From Candidatus Thorarchaeota archaeon (GTDB taxonomy: Archaea; Asgardarchaeota; Thorarchaeia; Thorarchaeales; Thorarchaeaceae), in the NCBI GenBank assembly GCA_011364985.1, contig RDOC01000005.1, positions 42,052 through 106,051 of the forward strand: a stretch of DNA of 64,000 bases. Reading direction: 5' to 3'. Shown in pieces: positions 39,871-49,815 of the stretch; position 1 is the first letter of the stretch; each line of letters begins with the position of its first letter. The notes beneath the pieces are model-generated. The model saw only the letters and a list, made by a program, of their open reading frames with translations. It was not told the DNA's origin and made no database searches. Both the position numbers and the translations under genes were made by a program.

Positions 39871-41019
39871 ATGAAGCTTTTCGAACACGAGGCGAAAGAG
39901 ATCTTCCGAACCTTTGGAATGCCTCTTCCGCTTGGAGGAGTTGCCTATACCCCCGAAGAGGCAAGAACCAGAGCGATAGAAGTAGGAAAACCAGTTGCCG
40001 TGAAGGCACAAGCACTCACTGGCAAAAGAGGAAAAGCAGGCGGGGTGAGATTTGCTAATACGCCGGAGGAAGCAGAAGCCCTAGCCAAGGACATCCTTGC
40101 CATGCGTATCAATGACTTGCCTGTGAAATCGATTCTTGTTGAAGAGAAACTGAGCATTCAACAAGAGATCTACGCTGGAATAACTGTTGATAGAAATGAG
40201 CGCAAGTATGTGGTCATTGGCAGTGCAGCTGGGGGAATGTCTATTGAAGAGCTAGCCGAGACAAGTCCGGGAAAAATAATCAAAAGACATGTAGACCCCT
40301 TAGGAGACCTCCAAGCATACGAAGCCCGTGAGATTGCAATAGACATGGGGTTCAAAGGAAAGCAAATCAATAGCCTTGCAGGATTGTTTCTCAAGCTATG
40401 GAGTATTGTTGAGGAGTATGATGTTGAACTAACAGAGATTAACCCCTTAATACTCACGACCGATGGTAGATTCCTCGCCGCAGATGCACGTCTGAATATT
40501 GATGATAATGCGTTGTTCCGGCATAAGAAACTCATTGAGAACATGAAGCGTGATACGGTGGAACAAAACGAGAGAGAGAAGCTGGCCACCGCAGAAGGAA
40601 TGGCCTATGTGGAACTGGACGGGGACATCGCATGCATATGCAATGGCGCTGGACTTACAATGGCGACACTTGATGCAGTTTCGATATATGGAGGAAAGGC
40701 TAGCACGTTCCTTGATCTAGGAGGAGGCGCCGACGCTGAGAGAGTAGAGAAAGGCGTTGAGATAGCAATGAAATATGACAAGGTGAAAGCCATCTTGGTG
40801 AATATCATGGGAGGAATCACCCGTTGTGATGACGTTGCAAATGGAATTGTGTCAGCAAAACAGGATGGGGATATTACTGTACCACTAGTGATACGAATGG
40901 TAGGAACAAATGAAGAAGAGGGACAGAGAATTCTGAACGAAGCTGGAATCCCGTTTCTCCAGACAATGGAGGAGGCAGCTCAGAAAGTTGTTACTCTTGC
41001 CGAGGGAGAGGATGCATAG
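39871..41019 (+). CDS. sucC: Succinyl-CoA synthetase beta subunit
   Basis: MKLFEHEAK, GKRGKAGGV, EINPL, NGAGLTMATLD, FLDLGGG, GGITRCD; GGTGA SD before 39871. Confidence 0.96.
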   Translation: MKLFEHEAKEIFRTFGMPLPLGGVAYTPEEARTRAIEVGKPVAVKAQALTGKRGKAGGVRFANTPEEAEALAKDILAMRINDLPVKSILVEEKLSIQQEIYAGITVDRNERKYVVIGSAAGGMSIEELAETSPGKIIKRHVDPLGDLQAYEAREIAIDMGFKGKQINSLAGLFLKLWSIVEEYDVELTEINPLILTTDGRFLAADARLNIDDNALFRHKKLIENMKRDTVEQNEREKLATAEGMAYVELDGDIACICNGAGLTMATLDAVSIYGGKASTFLDLGGGADAERVEKGVEIAMKYDKVKAILVNIMGGITRCDDVANGIVSAKQDGDITVPLVIRMVGTNEEEGQRILNEAGIPFLQTMEEAAQKVVTLAEGEDA

Positions 41020-41889
41020 ATGGCAGTATTGATAGACAAGAATTCAAGGGTCCTTGTTCAGGGTATCACGGGTTCACAGGGGACTTTCCATACAAAGGCA
41101 ATGCTGGACTATGGCACCAATATCGTGGCTGGAATGACACCAGGCAAACTGGGAGAAGAGGTATACGGTGTTCCCGTTTACGACAGCGTTAAGCAAGCCA
41201 AAAGGGAAATGGATGTCACGGCCTCTATCATCTTTGTTCCTGCACCCTTCGCAGGAGATGCCGCTCTTGAGGCGATTGCAGCAGACTTGAATCCTGTAGT
41301 TGTAATCACTGAACATGTTCCTGTACAAGATGAGATGCGAGTCATTCATGTTGCAAGAGCCAAGGGAATCAGCATGATTGGTCCAAATACGCCAGGTATT
41401 ATCACACCTGGAGCAAAGCAGAAAGTCGGAATAATGCCAGGTCATGTATTTGCCGATGGGAAGGTGGGCCTTATGTCAAGGAGCGGTACTCTCACCTATG
41501 AGATAGCTGCGGGCATGACGAATGCAAATATCGGCATTTCCACAGCGATTGGTCTTGGAGGAGACCCCTGTGTTGGACTGACAACGATAGAAGCCGTCAA
41601 GATGTTTAGTGAAGACAAGGACACAAAGGCGATGGTGCTCGTTGGTGAGATCGGCGGTGATGCTGAGGAAAAGGCTGCTGCATACATGAAAGACCATGTT
41701 GACAAGCCTGCTGTGGCATTCATTGCAGGAAGAACTGCACCGCCAGGAAAACGAATGGGGCACGCTGGTGCCATCATCAGTGGGAGTACCGGGACCGCAG
41801 CAGCGAAGATTGCAGCATTCAAGGATGCAGGAATTCCCGTTGGTGACAAGCCAAGTGATGTGGCTAGGCTGCTTGAAGAGATACTCTGA
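41020..41889 (+). CDS. sucD: Succinyl-CoA synthetase alpha subunit
   Basis: VLVQGITG, SRSGTLTYE, GEIGG, RMGHAGA (phospho-His). Confidence 0.97.
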   Translation: MAVLIDKNSRVLVQGITGSQGTFHTKAMLDYGTNIVAGMTPGKLGEEVYGVPVYDSVKQAKREMDVTASIIFVPAPFAGDAALEAIAADLNPVVVITEHVPVQDEMRVIHVARAKGISMIGPNTPGIITPGAKQKVGIMPGHVFADGKVGLMSRSGTLTYEIAAGMTNANIGISTAIGLGGDPCVGLTTIEAVKMFSEDKDTKAMVLVGEIGGDAEEKAAAYMKDHVDKPAVAFIAGRTAPPGKRMGHAGAIISGSTGTAAAKIAAFKDAGIPVGDKPSDVARLLEEIL

Positions 41890-42002
41890 AGCAGAGTAGA
41901 AATCTGTGGAAAGAGCACAAGCTTTTAAAACAGAATCCAGCAGGAAACCAGAGCGGGCTCACTAGAGACTATGTCCGCAGCTAATGGAAAGAGGTCCGAG
42001 AT

Positions 42003-42161
42003 ATGCCAGTTGCTGATATCGAAAAGCGCAGACTAGCACAACACTACCTGCTCTACAAGTCAATATGCAGATACTGTGGAGCGACTAATCCACTTAAGGC
42101 TAAGAAGTGCAGGAAATGTAAGAACAAGGACCTCAGGCCAAAGAGGCGGTCAAAGAGATAG
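42003..42161 (+). CDS. rpl40e: 50S ribosomal protein L40e
   Basis: Not in the ORF track: MPVADIEKRRLAQHYLLYKSICRYCGATNPLKAKKCRKCKNKDLRPKRRSKR (52 aa). Confidence 0.93.
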   Translation: MPVADIEKRRLAQHYLLYKSICRYCGATNPLKAKKCRKCKNKDLRPKRRSKR

Positions 42162-42187
42162 TCTACTTGCGCCCGTGGCGAGAATGA

Positions 42188-42294
42188 GGGCGGGTGGTCT
42201 AGCTGGCTATGACGTCGCCTTCACACGGCGAAGGTCAGGGGTTCGAAAACCTGCAGGATTTACCTGCGTGTTGAAACTCCCCTCCTGCCCACCA
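42188..42294 (+). tRNA. tRNA-Val(CAC) with a 30-nt intron in the T-loop (42248-42277) and encoded CCA
   Basis: Acceptor GGGCGGG/CCTGCCC-A-CCA; anticodon stem TCGCC/GGCGA with loop TTCACAC; T-stem AGGGG/CCCCT. Removing the intron restores TTCGAAT; BHB motif present. Confidence 0.93.
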
Positions 42295-42324
42295 TAAGCA
42301 TGAATTGTACTGAGAGGCTCAAAA

Positions 42325-42540
42325 ATGCCAAAACAAATGACCGATGTCAATAAGTTTCTCGGGATGACAGAGGACGCTATCGAATGCAGAGTGAAGAGAG
42401 GTTCAGACCACGTTAAGCTGAAACTACGCACAAAGAGATACCTCTACACAATAATCCTTGAGCCTCAAGAAGCAGAGTCTGTTCTGCAGAATGTGAAGTG
42501 CCAGATAGTTGAGGCCAGACCAAAGATCAAAGAAGACTAG
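42325..42540 (+). CDS. rpl38e: 50S ribosomal protein L38e
   Basis: MPKQ...CRVKR...VKLKLRTKRYLYT. Confidence 0.9.
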   Translation: MPKQMTDVNKFLGMTEDAIECRVKRGSDHVKLKLRTKRYLYTIILEPQEAESVLQNVKCQIVEARPKIKED

Positions 42541-43802
42541 ATTTCAATCACGTCATTGATATCCGGGATATTTGCTCTTCTGCCCTTTTTCTTCAATATA
42601 TCTGCTAATGCATCACAAGACTCCGATTCTCCATGAACTATGTGGAACTTAGGATTGCCAGGAATGCGTTCCAATAGGTCAACCAGTCCAACCGAGTCCG
42701 AGTGAGAAGAGAGATGATGCATTCTCACTTCTGCTTTGACCTCGAATTCGCGGCTTCCAACACTGACCTTCTTCGTTGCCAGAAGCTCTGCTCCCGGCGT
42801 GCCTGGAATCTGAAAACTCACAAAGATGATTGAATTCTTAGGGTTATCATGAAGGAGCTTGAAGTAGAGGTGAGATGCTCCCCCCTTCAACATTCCAGCT
42901 GGTGAAACGATTATCCCACCACTTTCTGCTGCTTTCTTCCGGTCTCGATTGTCATGAACAATTCTCGTGCGACTTACTGCTCTAGTAAAGGATTGAGGGC
43001 TTTGAAGATACTCGGGATGTCTGACCAGAATATCATTGACTTGGCGTGCCATTCCATCAATATAGACTGGGAATTTTCGGGAGATTTCACTCTGTTCAAG
43101 GATACACATAATCTCCTGACTTCTTCCCACGGCAAAGGCAGGAATTAGGACAGTTCCGCCCCGTTCCACTGTTTCAAGCACAGTTTCAATCAAAGCCTGT
43201 GTTATCTCGGCTCGGTCCGGATTTATTCGACGTGCATAGGTGCTCTCCGTGATTACAACATCGTGCTTTGGAAGATTCTTTCTTGCTCCCAAATTTAGCT
43301 TGGACTCGGTTGCATTGAAATCTCCGGTGAAAAGCACACGTTTGCCGTTCACGCGGATAGAAACCATAGCGCTACCAGGAATATGTCCAGCATTGAATAG
43401 TGTCAGTTCAAAATGACGACCAAGAGGAACCGTTTCTTCATATGCGGTGGCATCGCACTGCCTTTTCACCAAAGCAATATCCTTTCGTGTGTAAGGAAGG
43501 CGACCTCTTGAGATATTATGGAGGTCTCTAAGAAGCAACACACTCAGGTCGCGGGTAGCCGGAGTGCAGTATAGAGAGGCCTCTGTGTTGGAAAGAATCC
43601 GCGGAATACCACCTGAATGATCAAGATGAGCGTGAGTGAGTGCTACTCCCTGCATATCATCAAGAGAGACCATATCAGGAAAACTTGGGGGATCGGTGAA
43701 TTTCACACCGTAATCGATCATTACACTTTCATCATGGTGTTCCAAGAAGAACCCCGATCGTCCAATTTCTCTGCATGAACCGAGAAATGTCAATTGCGCC
43801 AT
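42537..43802 (-). CDS. MBL-fold beta-CASP ribonuclease (aCPSF2-like, no KH domains)
   Basis: LGSCREIGRS, THAHLDHSG, AGHIPGS, TGD, ESTY, SSHSD, VHGE; start MAQLTF at 43802. Confidence 0.9.
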   Translation of the reverse strand: MAQLTFLGSCREIGRSGFFLEHHDESVMIDYGVKFTDPPSFPDMVSLDDMQGVALTHAHLDHSGGIPRILSNTEASLYCTPATRDLSVLLLRDLHNISRGRLPYTRKDIALVKRQCDATAYEETVPLGRHFELTLFNAGHIPGSAMVSIRVNGKRVLFTGDFNATESKLNLGARKNLPKHDVVITESTYARRINPDRAEITQALIETVLETVERGGTVLIPAFAVGRSQEIMCILEQSEISRKFPVYIDGMARQVNDILVRHPEYLQSPQSFTRAVSRTRIVHDNRDRKKAAESGGIIVSPAGMLKGGASHLYFKLLHDNPKNSIIFVSFQIPGTPGAELLATKKVSVGSREFEVKAEVRMHHLSSHSDSVGLVDLLERIPGNPKFHIVHGESESCDALADILKKKGRRANIPDINDVIEI

Positions 43803-43998
43803 TAATAGAAACTTCCTAGGAGGTCGCCTTTCATATGTAAGAAAAGCCTTCCGAATTGCGACATCAATTTCAGGATTTTCAAAAAGAACAGAATACCATG
43901 AATCGGGCGGAAAATGGAGCCTCTGCATTCTCGATAAAAAGCGAAATCTATATCAGTTGTAATCAGCTGATGCTTATTGTCATAGTATTTGACAGCAC

Positions 43999-44325
43999 GT
44001 GGAGAGGCTAAGGGTGACAGACGATAAGAACAAGGAAAAGCCTAAGACTGTCAATGGCGGCAATTCAGTGATTCTTGTTGGGAATAAGAATGTCATGTCC
44101 TACGTCCTAGCATGCGTAACACTATTCAACAAAGGAGCGAAAGAGGTTGTAATTAAGGCTCGAGGCAGGCTAATCAGTCGTGCGGTAGATGTCGCAGAGA
44201 TTACAAGAAATAGATTCATCTCCGAGTTGGTAGTCAAGAGCATTGAAATTGGAACCACAACTGTGCAGACAGACAAGGGCAGCGACCTAAATGTATCAAC
44301 GATTGATATAACTCTCTCCAAATAG
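43999..44325 (+). CDS. albA: DNA/RNA-binding protein Alba
   Basis: [14 protein letters not shown]...[16 protein letters not shown]...VSTIDITL. Confidence 0.95.
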   Translation: MERLRVTDDKNKEKPKTVNGGNSVILVGNKNVMSYVLACVTLFNKGAKEVVIKARGRLISRAVDVAEITRNRFISELVVKSIEIGTTTVQTDKGSDLNVSTIDITLSK

Positions 44326-44398
44326 TATAACTAGTGTGAAGTCGTTTCTCACCCAAGGCCAAGCCGTTGCTGGCATTCGAAGCGGTGAGGAACAATCA

Positions 44399-44983
44399 AT
44401 GAAGCTACCTGTATGTATCTTTGACATAGAATCCGATATGCTGTGTTCAAACTGCCAGGACCGACTTGATCGGGGCGAGATAACTAGATTCGACATTGAC
44501 TTCTCCAAATGGCTATTGGATCGCCTGAGGAAATACCCACCCTTAGAAGACTTGAGCCTGCAGAGAGCCATCAAAACAGCCAATCACTTGATTCTTGTGA
44601 CTAAGAAGAAAAACGCGCATATTCTCGAATCATTGGAGCCGTTGGTTGCAGAGATGCAACAGACTTTCGGAGAACTCTTGATTTTTGAGCAACCGCTAAA
44701 ACTCCGTAGGGTCGTCAGACAGCTTATAGACCCAGCAATGGAGGTGGGTGTCAATAGCCTGTACCTACCGGATGGAACTCGTGAGAGTATTGTAATGTTG
44801 AGAAACGACGACAAAGAGAAGATCCTTTTCTCAAAGGAGAGCCTTAGAGATATCGCATCCGCTGTGCTTGGAGAACCAGTACTCTTTCAATATCAAGATG
44901 ATCGTGTTGAGAAGGTCGATGACACGAAGGATTCCTTTGATGAAAAAATGAAGGAGTTCTCGTTTCGTCAAAAACGACGGTGA
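44399..44983 (+). CDS. Archaeal NusA-like KH/Zn protein
   Basis: MKLPVCIFDIESDMLCSNC...GEIT..D; GVNSLYLPDG; usual neighbour of alba. Confidence 0.75.
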   Translation: MKLPVCIFDIESDMLCSNCQDRLDRGEITRFDIDFSKWLLDRLRKYPPLEDLSLQRAIKTANHLILVTKKKNAHILESLEPLVAEMQQTFGELLIFEQPLKLRRVVRQLIDPAMEVGVNSLYLPDGTRESIVMLRNDDKEKILFSKESLRDIASAVLGEPVLFQYQDDRVEKVDDTKDSFDEKMKEFSFRQKRR

Positions 44984-44984
44984 C

Positions 44985-46322
44985 TCAGACACGATTGATG
45001 GGATGATTCTTCATAATTTCACGTAGGATTACCGTGGCATAGGAGCCCTTTCGAAGTCTAAATCTCAGTCGTAATTCCGAGCCCGAGCAAGATGCTTCAA
45101 GTGCTTGTGGACGAATTGAAACCAAATGGAACCCTCCAGAGGAGTCCAACGCCCGCATCTCGCGATTCTTGAAATCCAATAGATGAATTCCTTCCTCTTT
45201 GAGAATCTGTAACAGCATTTCCGTTTGGACTGAAGAAGGTGTTTTCGTTGCATAGCCGGGAAGAGGTGCTGCAAGCCCAAAGCATCCTGCTGCAACACTC
45301 TCAACTCGGGAAGCCAGATTCTTCTGGGTCGTATATAGCCATGAATCCCGCCCAGAATGCGTTTCATCGAGCTGTATTATGAAGTCTCCAAGCTGGGGCA
45401 TTTCGAGGTCGAGACCTTTCCTAGCCCGCATACTGATTAGTCTGTTGAACAAATAGGACTGAAAGGAATGGATGAAGAACGTAAGAACGCGAGAAGGGAC
45501 CTTAGAGAAGGCCGCTTGATAATCATTGGGGTTCTTGGCAAGATAGTGAAGCATATCACGCTCGTACCTTAAATCCTCTGGGAACTCATCAATAGTAGAT
45601 GGGCTTGGAACAAGGGAATCGGCAAGGTCAGTTCGAGCTTCGGTCAGGCCTTCTGGTTCGTAGGGACTTGTTTGGGTAAGGAGTACACGAGCAGCCTGCT
45701 CATAGTCTTTCTTCACAAGCCACTTTCCTACTAGGTGGGTCACTGGCCTTGTAACCCCAAATCTCTGCACACCAAAATAATTGAGCAGAGGATGATTCTT
45801 GATCTTCTCTACGACTGAATAAGCCGCCTCGCAAGACGTTTCTATATTTGCGAGAAGAATCGTGAATCGGTTCCCCCATAGATCCCCGACCTGAACCGGA
45901 CGACTCGTATATACAGGGTTTCGCATGAGAATATGGACTAGATTTACTTGGTCAAGCCGCCTCGAAGCACCACGTGGGATAGACATGATCTGTGTGGTAA
46001 TAGCACGTTTGTCTTTTAGTCCGGCATAGGTGACAAGATGTTGTGGAATCCCAAGCTCAGACGCAATGATTTCAGAAACGTCCATTGTAGACAGGCCCAT
46101 CTTCTGAACCGTGAAACTCACAAACTTCTTCTTCTTCCCCAAAGGGGGCAAATTTGCTTGCTCAGTGTTCCAGTCTATGACTTCAAGAATTTCTCCATTA
46201 GGTCGAATTTCTTCCACTACGAAGTCTTCGAAACGAGTCTTCAGTTTGCCTCCGATTCCTGAACCAGAGATGCTATACGATTCCATCCCCATTGATTTTT
46301 CGAACTCGGCAATTGATTCCAT
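44985..46322 (-). CDS. truD: tRNA pseudouridine(13) synthase TruD/Pus7
   Basis: EDFVVEE, YAGLKDKRAITTQ, GNRFTI, NYFGVQRFG, KGSYATVILRE. Confidence 0.95.
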   Translation of the reverse strand: MESIAEFEKSMGMESYSISGSGIGGKLKTRFEDFVVEEIRPNGEILEVIDWNTEQANLPPLGKKKKFVSFTVQKMGLSTMDVSEIIASELGIPQHLVTYAGLKDKRAITTQIMSIPRGASRRLDQVNLVHILMRNPVYTSRPVQVGDLWGNRFTILLANIETSCEAAYSVVEKIKNHPLLNYFGVQRFGVTRPVTHLVGKWLVKKDYEQAARVLLTQTSPYEPEGLTEARTDLADSLVPSPSTIDEFPEDLRYERDMLHYLAKNPNDYQAAFSKVPSRVLTFFIHSFQSYLFNRLISMRARKGLDLEMPQLGDFIIQLDETHSGRDSWLYTTQKNLASRVESVAAGCFGLAAPLPGYATKTPSSVQTEMLLQILKEEGIHLLDFKNREMRALDSSGGFHLVSIRPQALEASCSGSELRLRFRLRKGSYATVILREIMKNHPINRV

Positions 46323-46332
46323 TTGAAAATCC

Positions 46333-46701
46333 TCACAATAGCTTGAGATTTCCTGTAATCCTGTCAATCTCCTCAGCCTTACCAGGCCCAATTCCAATGA
46401 CTGTTGTAGTACCAGGAGGCAGCTCTGTCATACCAGCATCTTGTATCACAGCAAAGGGCATCTTGAGGTCAATAGCAACATTGCGAAGCTCTAGTAGTTC
46501 CTCCTCAGAAGAGACCTTAACAACTACCTTCTTCTGTCCTTCCTTAAACCAAGCTTTCCAGATGTCTTTAGAACAAGCACGAACATGTTCAGCTGCGGTG
46601 ACAGATCCATGAGCCACTTGGACGGCTGTCTTTCCTTTGCTCATTGCTAGGTCGGTTCTCACGGCAATTATCTGTTTGTACTTGAATTCTCTTGCAGTCA
46701 T
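46333..46701 (-). CDS. pth2: Peptidyl-tRNA hydrolase Pth2
   Basis: KQIIAVRTDLAMSKGKTAVQVAH, GQKKVVVK, DAGMTELPPGTTTVIGIGP. Confidence 0.96.
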   Translation of the reverse strand: MTAREFKYKQIIAVRTDLAMSKGKTAVQVAHGSVTAAEHVRACSKDIWKAWFKEGQKKVVVKVSSEEELLELRNVAIDLKMPFAVIQDAGMTELPPGTTTVIGIGPGKAEEIDRITGNLKLL

Positions 46702-46773
46702 CTTGATGCCTTCCAGTTGATTTGAGATGCAAGAGGAGAAATAAAAAAGGGTCGTTTTGACTATGCAGATGAG

Positions 46774-47988
46774 ATGAAACAATCACATTACGATGTCTCA
46801 GTGGTTGGCGCCGGTCCAGCAGGATTGATTGCTGCTGAGAAAATCGCCAGTGAAGGCAATAGCGTGGTTGTTTTCGAGGAACATCAAAGGATTGGAGAAC
46901 CCGACCATTGTGCTGGGCTGCTAAGTACCTCTGGTCTTCAGGCTCTAGAATTAAGTCCACCAAAAGGTATGATTCAAAATCATGTTCTTGGAGCACGGTT
47001 GTTCTCTCCATCTGGTGACCATATTACGATAGAGAGAGGAAAACGAGAAGCGCTGGTTATTCATCGTCCAAGATTCGATTCATGGCTGGGGGAGTTAGCA
47101 AAGGGCGCAGGTGCAACCATTGAAACGAGCGTCAAAGTTGTTGATGTTGGTAAGGACGAAAGCGGTAATCGAATGCTAAGCCTCAGAAGAGCAACTGAAT
47201 CTACCAGAATTTCTTCTTCAATTATTGTGAACGCTGAAGGTCATCGTGGCATTCTGTCAACCAAGCTGGGAATTCCAACGGTTCCTCGGAAGTCGAAGTT
47301 TCCGGCGTATCAGTTCGAAGTTGAGGACGCAGATGTGGAGGATGACTTTGTGGAGATGTATTTTGGCAGACAGGTCGCTCCAGGTTTTTTCGCGTGGCTG
47401 ATACCACTTGGAAATGGAAAGGCACGAATTGGATTGGCTGCAAAAGACCAACCAAGGAAACGCCTTGAAGGAATTATGCGTTTTCACAAAGGCCTCAAGG
47501 ACAAACTGCAAAATGCAACCATTTCCAGAGGTTTTGGTGGTGTGGTGTTATTAGGGATGCCAGTAAGTCCAACCTACGCAGAAAGAGCACTGGCTGTCGG
47601 TGACGCTGCGGGGATTGTTAAGCCGACAACTGGAGGCGGAGTAATCTTTGGAGGCGTTGCATCTCGTGTAGCAGGAAGAATAGTGAATGAGGCCTTGAAG
47701 AAGAACGACTACTCCACAGAGATGCTTCAGAAGTATGACAGTGGATGGCGGAGCCTTCTAATTAATGACCTTCGCTCAATGAATTTTACACATAGAATTC
47801 TCTCATCATTAGCCGATAAGGGACTGAATTCTTTGTTTAGGGACATCCGCGACCTCGACCTAATATCCACTATAAGAAAGGAAGGAAATATGGACATGCA
47901 GGGACGAGTCATTGGAAGACTGCTGACTCAACCGATAGCCCTGCTCGCTGGTCTGAAGGCAATCAGGTACTTCTGTTCAATTCCATAG
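46774..47988 (+). CDS. Geranylgeranyl reductase family flavoprotein
   Basis: VVGAGPAG, PDHCAG, FFAWLIP, VGDAAGIVKPTTGGG. Confidence 0.9.
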   Translation: MKQSHYDVSVVGAGPAGLIAAEKIASEGNSVVVFEEHQRIGEPDHCAGLLSTSGLQALELSPPKGMIQNHVLGARLFSPSGDHITIERGKREALVIHRPRFDSWLGELAKGAGATIETSVKVVDVGKDESGNRMLSLRRATESTRISSSIIVNAEGHRGILSTKLGIPTVPRKSKFPAYQFEVEDADVEDDFVEMYFGRQVAPGFFAWLIPLGNGKARIGLAAKDQPRKRLEGIMRFHKGLKDKLQNATISRGFGGVVLLGMPVSPTYAERALAVGDAAGIVKPTTGGGVIFGGVASRVAGRIVNEALKKNDYSTEMLQKYDSGWRSLLINDLRSMNFTHRILSSLADKGLNSLFRDIRDLDLISTIRKEGNMDMQGRVIGRLLTQPIALLAGLKAIRYFCSIP

Positions 47989-48042
47989 GCCAATGGCACA
48001 CCTTTATGAGCAATATAGCGAGTCCATCAGCAGGAGCGTCAA

Positions 48043-49413
48043 TTGATGGACTCATCGAACGAAGGTCGGATTCTCTCTAAGGCCATAGGGATATTGGAGA
48101 AACTACCCGTCTGTGATCAATGTCTTGGAAGACAGTTTGCATGGCTGAGCACAGAAACCTCCAATCGCGAGCGCGGACGATCAATCAAGCTCCTTATATC
48201 AATGATAGCGGATGAAAATATGAAATCAGGGAAGAGAGAAGAAGGAATCCGCCTATTGAAATTGCTAGCTTCAATAGGTAGTTTTCATCCAGCCATAGAA
48301 ATTGCATCCAGATATTCGATTGAAATTGACCCCAAAAAAAAATGTGCATTATGCACTCATCAAGGAAGGAGCATCTTCGATATCATTCCATCCATTGCTC
48401 AGCGATTTATGACGGACGTTCAGGAAATTGAGTTCTCAAGCTTCTTGGTAGGATGCAAACCCATTTCGGAAATGATGGAACGTGAAGATGAAATCAGAGC
48501 GGAAATGGGTCTTCTTCATGGAGAGACGTTAAAGGCTGATTTCAATCGTGAACTCGGGAAGCATCTGAGTCGCCTTCTTCCACAAGACACTAACTTTGGA
48601 CAGCCTGATGTTGTCCTTGTATATGATATGTTGGAGGACAAATTGGACATAAGATTGAATCCTATCTTTATCGAGGGCAAATATAGAAAATTGAAGAGAG
48701 GAATTCCGCAAAGCAGATGGGAATGCAGCAAATGCAGAGGAAAGGGATGTGCTAGCTGTCGGCAGACGGGGCGAATGTACCCCGACTCAATATCCGAGTA
48801 TATTGGAGAGCCAATCTTGTTAGCGGTTCAAGGGACCAAATACAAGTTTCATGGTGCAGGAAGAGAGGATATTGATGTTCTGATGTTGGGAACAGGCCGA
48901 CCCTTTGTCGTTGAAGTATCAGAACCAAAGATTCGAAGTCTGGACTTGGGGAAGATAGAGAAGAAGATCAACAGATTGTCGAGAAAGAAGGTAGAAGTGA
49001 TGGACCTTCGGTTGTCTAGCAGATCCGTTGCCCAAAAGTACAAAGAAGATGCATCGAATAATGTCAAGGAATACGAAGCGATCATCCGAACATCCGAACC
49101 TGTTACACAGAGGGCTCTTCAAGAAACCGCCGAGAAACTAAGTGGTGCAACTATCATGCAACAAACACCGGAGCGAGTATCTCATCGAAGAAGTGACCTT
49201 GTGAGAGAAAAGCAAATACACAAAGTCGAATTGACTCCACGAAGGGATAGGAGAATTAAGGCATTTTTTAGGGTTCAAGGTGGGACGTATATCAAAGAAC
49301 TGATTTCGGGCGATGACGGACGGACCACACCCTCTCTCTCGGAGCAGCTTGGAACGTCTTGTCAGTGTGATGAGCTTGATGTTGTTAGGATTTGCAACAG
49401 CCACACACCATAA
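48043..49413 (+). CDS. pus10: tRNA pseudouridine(54/55) synthase Pus10
   Basis: CDQCLGRQF, GKYRKLKRGIPQ, HGAGREDIDV, GGTYIKELISGDDGRT. Confidence 0.96.
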   Translation: MMDSSNEGRILSKAIGILEKLPVCDQCLGRQFAWLSTETSNRERGRSIKLLISMIADENMKSGKREEGIRLLKLLASIGSFHPAIEIASRYSIEIDPKKKCALCTHQGRSIFDIIPSIAQRFMTDVQEIEFSSFLVGCKPISEMMEREDEIRAEMGLLHGETLKADFNRELGKHLSRLLPQDTNFGQPDVVLVYDMLEDKLDIRLNPIFIEGKYRKLKRGIPQSRWECSKCRGKGCASCRQTGRMYPDSISEYIGEPILLAVQGTKYKFHGAGREDIDVLMLGTGRPFVVEVSEPKIRSLDLGKIEKKINRLSRKKVEVMDLRLSSRSVAQKYKEDASNNVKEYEAIIRTSEPVTQRALQETAEKLSGATIMQQTPERVSHRRSDLVREKQIHKVELTPRRDRRIKAFFRVQGGTYIKELISGDDGRTTPSLSEQLGTSCQCDELDVVRICNSHTP

Positions 49414-49510
49414 TCCTTAAGTGGTGACCCAGGAGGTGATGCTGGACCTCAAGCACCAATTATGTCTAGAAGAGTTGAGGTTCAGTTCAGAAGCAGTAAG
49501 TTGATGCCCC

Positions 49511-49807
49511 ATGGTTAAGAAGAGTCATGGGTACCGTGCCCGAACCCGTAGTTTGATGAGCAAGAGAATTAGAGAACGAGGAATGAGTTCACTTAGTCAG
49601 CTTCTTGTTGACTACGAGATCGGTCAGAGAGTAGACATAGTCATAAACCCAAGCGTTCACAAGGGAATGCCCCATCGCAGATATCACGGTCGAACGGGTA
49701 TTGTGACCGATATGAGAGGACGCGGCGTTGTCGTAGAGGTCAAGCTTGGAAGAGCAACAAAGACCTTGATTGTACGCCCCGATCATCTTCAACCTAGTAG
49801 AGGCTGA
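49511..49807 (+). CDS. rpl21e: 50S ribosomal protein L21e
   Basis: SHGYRARTR...KGMPHRRYHGRTG...VRPDHL. Confidence 0.97.
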   Translation: MVKKSHGYRARTRSLMSKRIRERGMSSLSQLLVDYEIGQRVDIVINPSVHKGMPHRRYHGRTGIVTDMRGRGVVVEVKLGRATKTLIVRPDHLQPSRG

Positions 49808-49815
49808 GAAAAGAG

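Noticed and set aside
42076-42431. ORFs 42076-42297(+) and 42207-42431(-)
   Set aside because: Shadow ORFs over rpl40e, the tRNA and rpl38e.
49414-49510. SRP RNA or another ncRNA gene between pus10 and rpl21e
   Set aside because: The gap is only ~97 nt and I see no SRP helix-8 motif.
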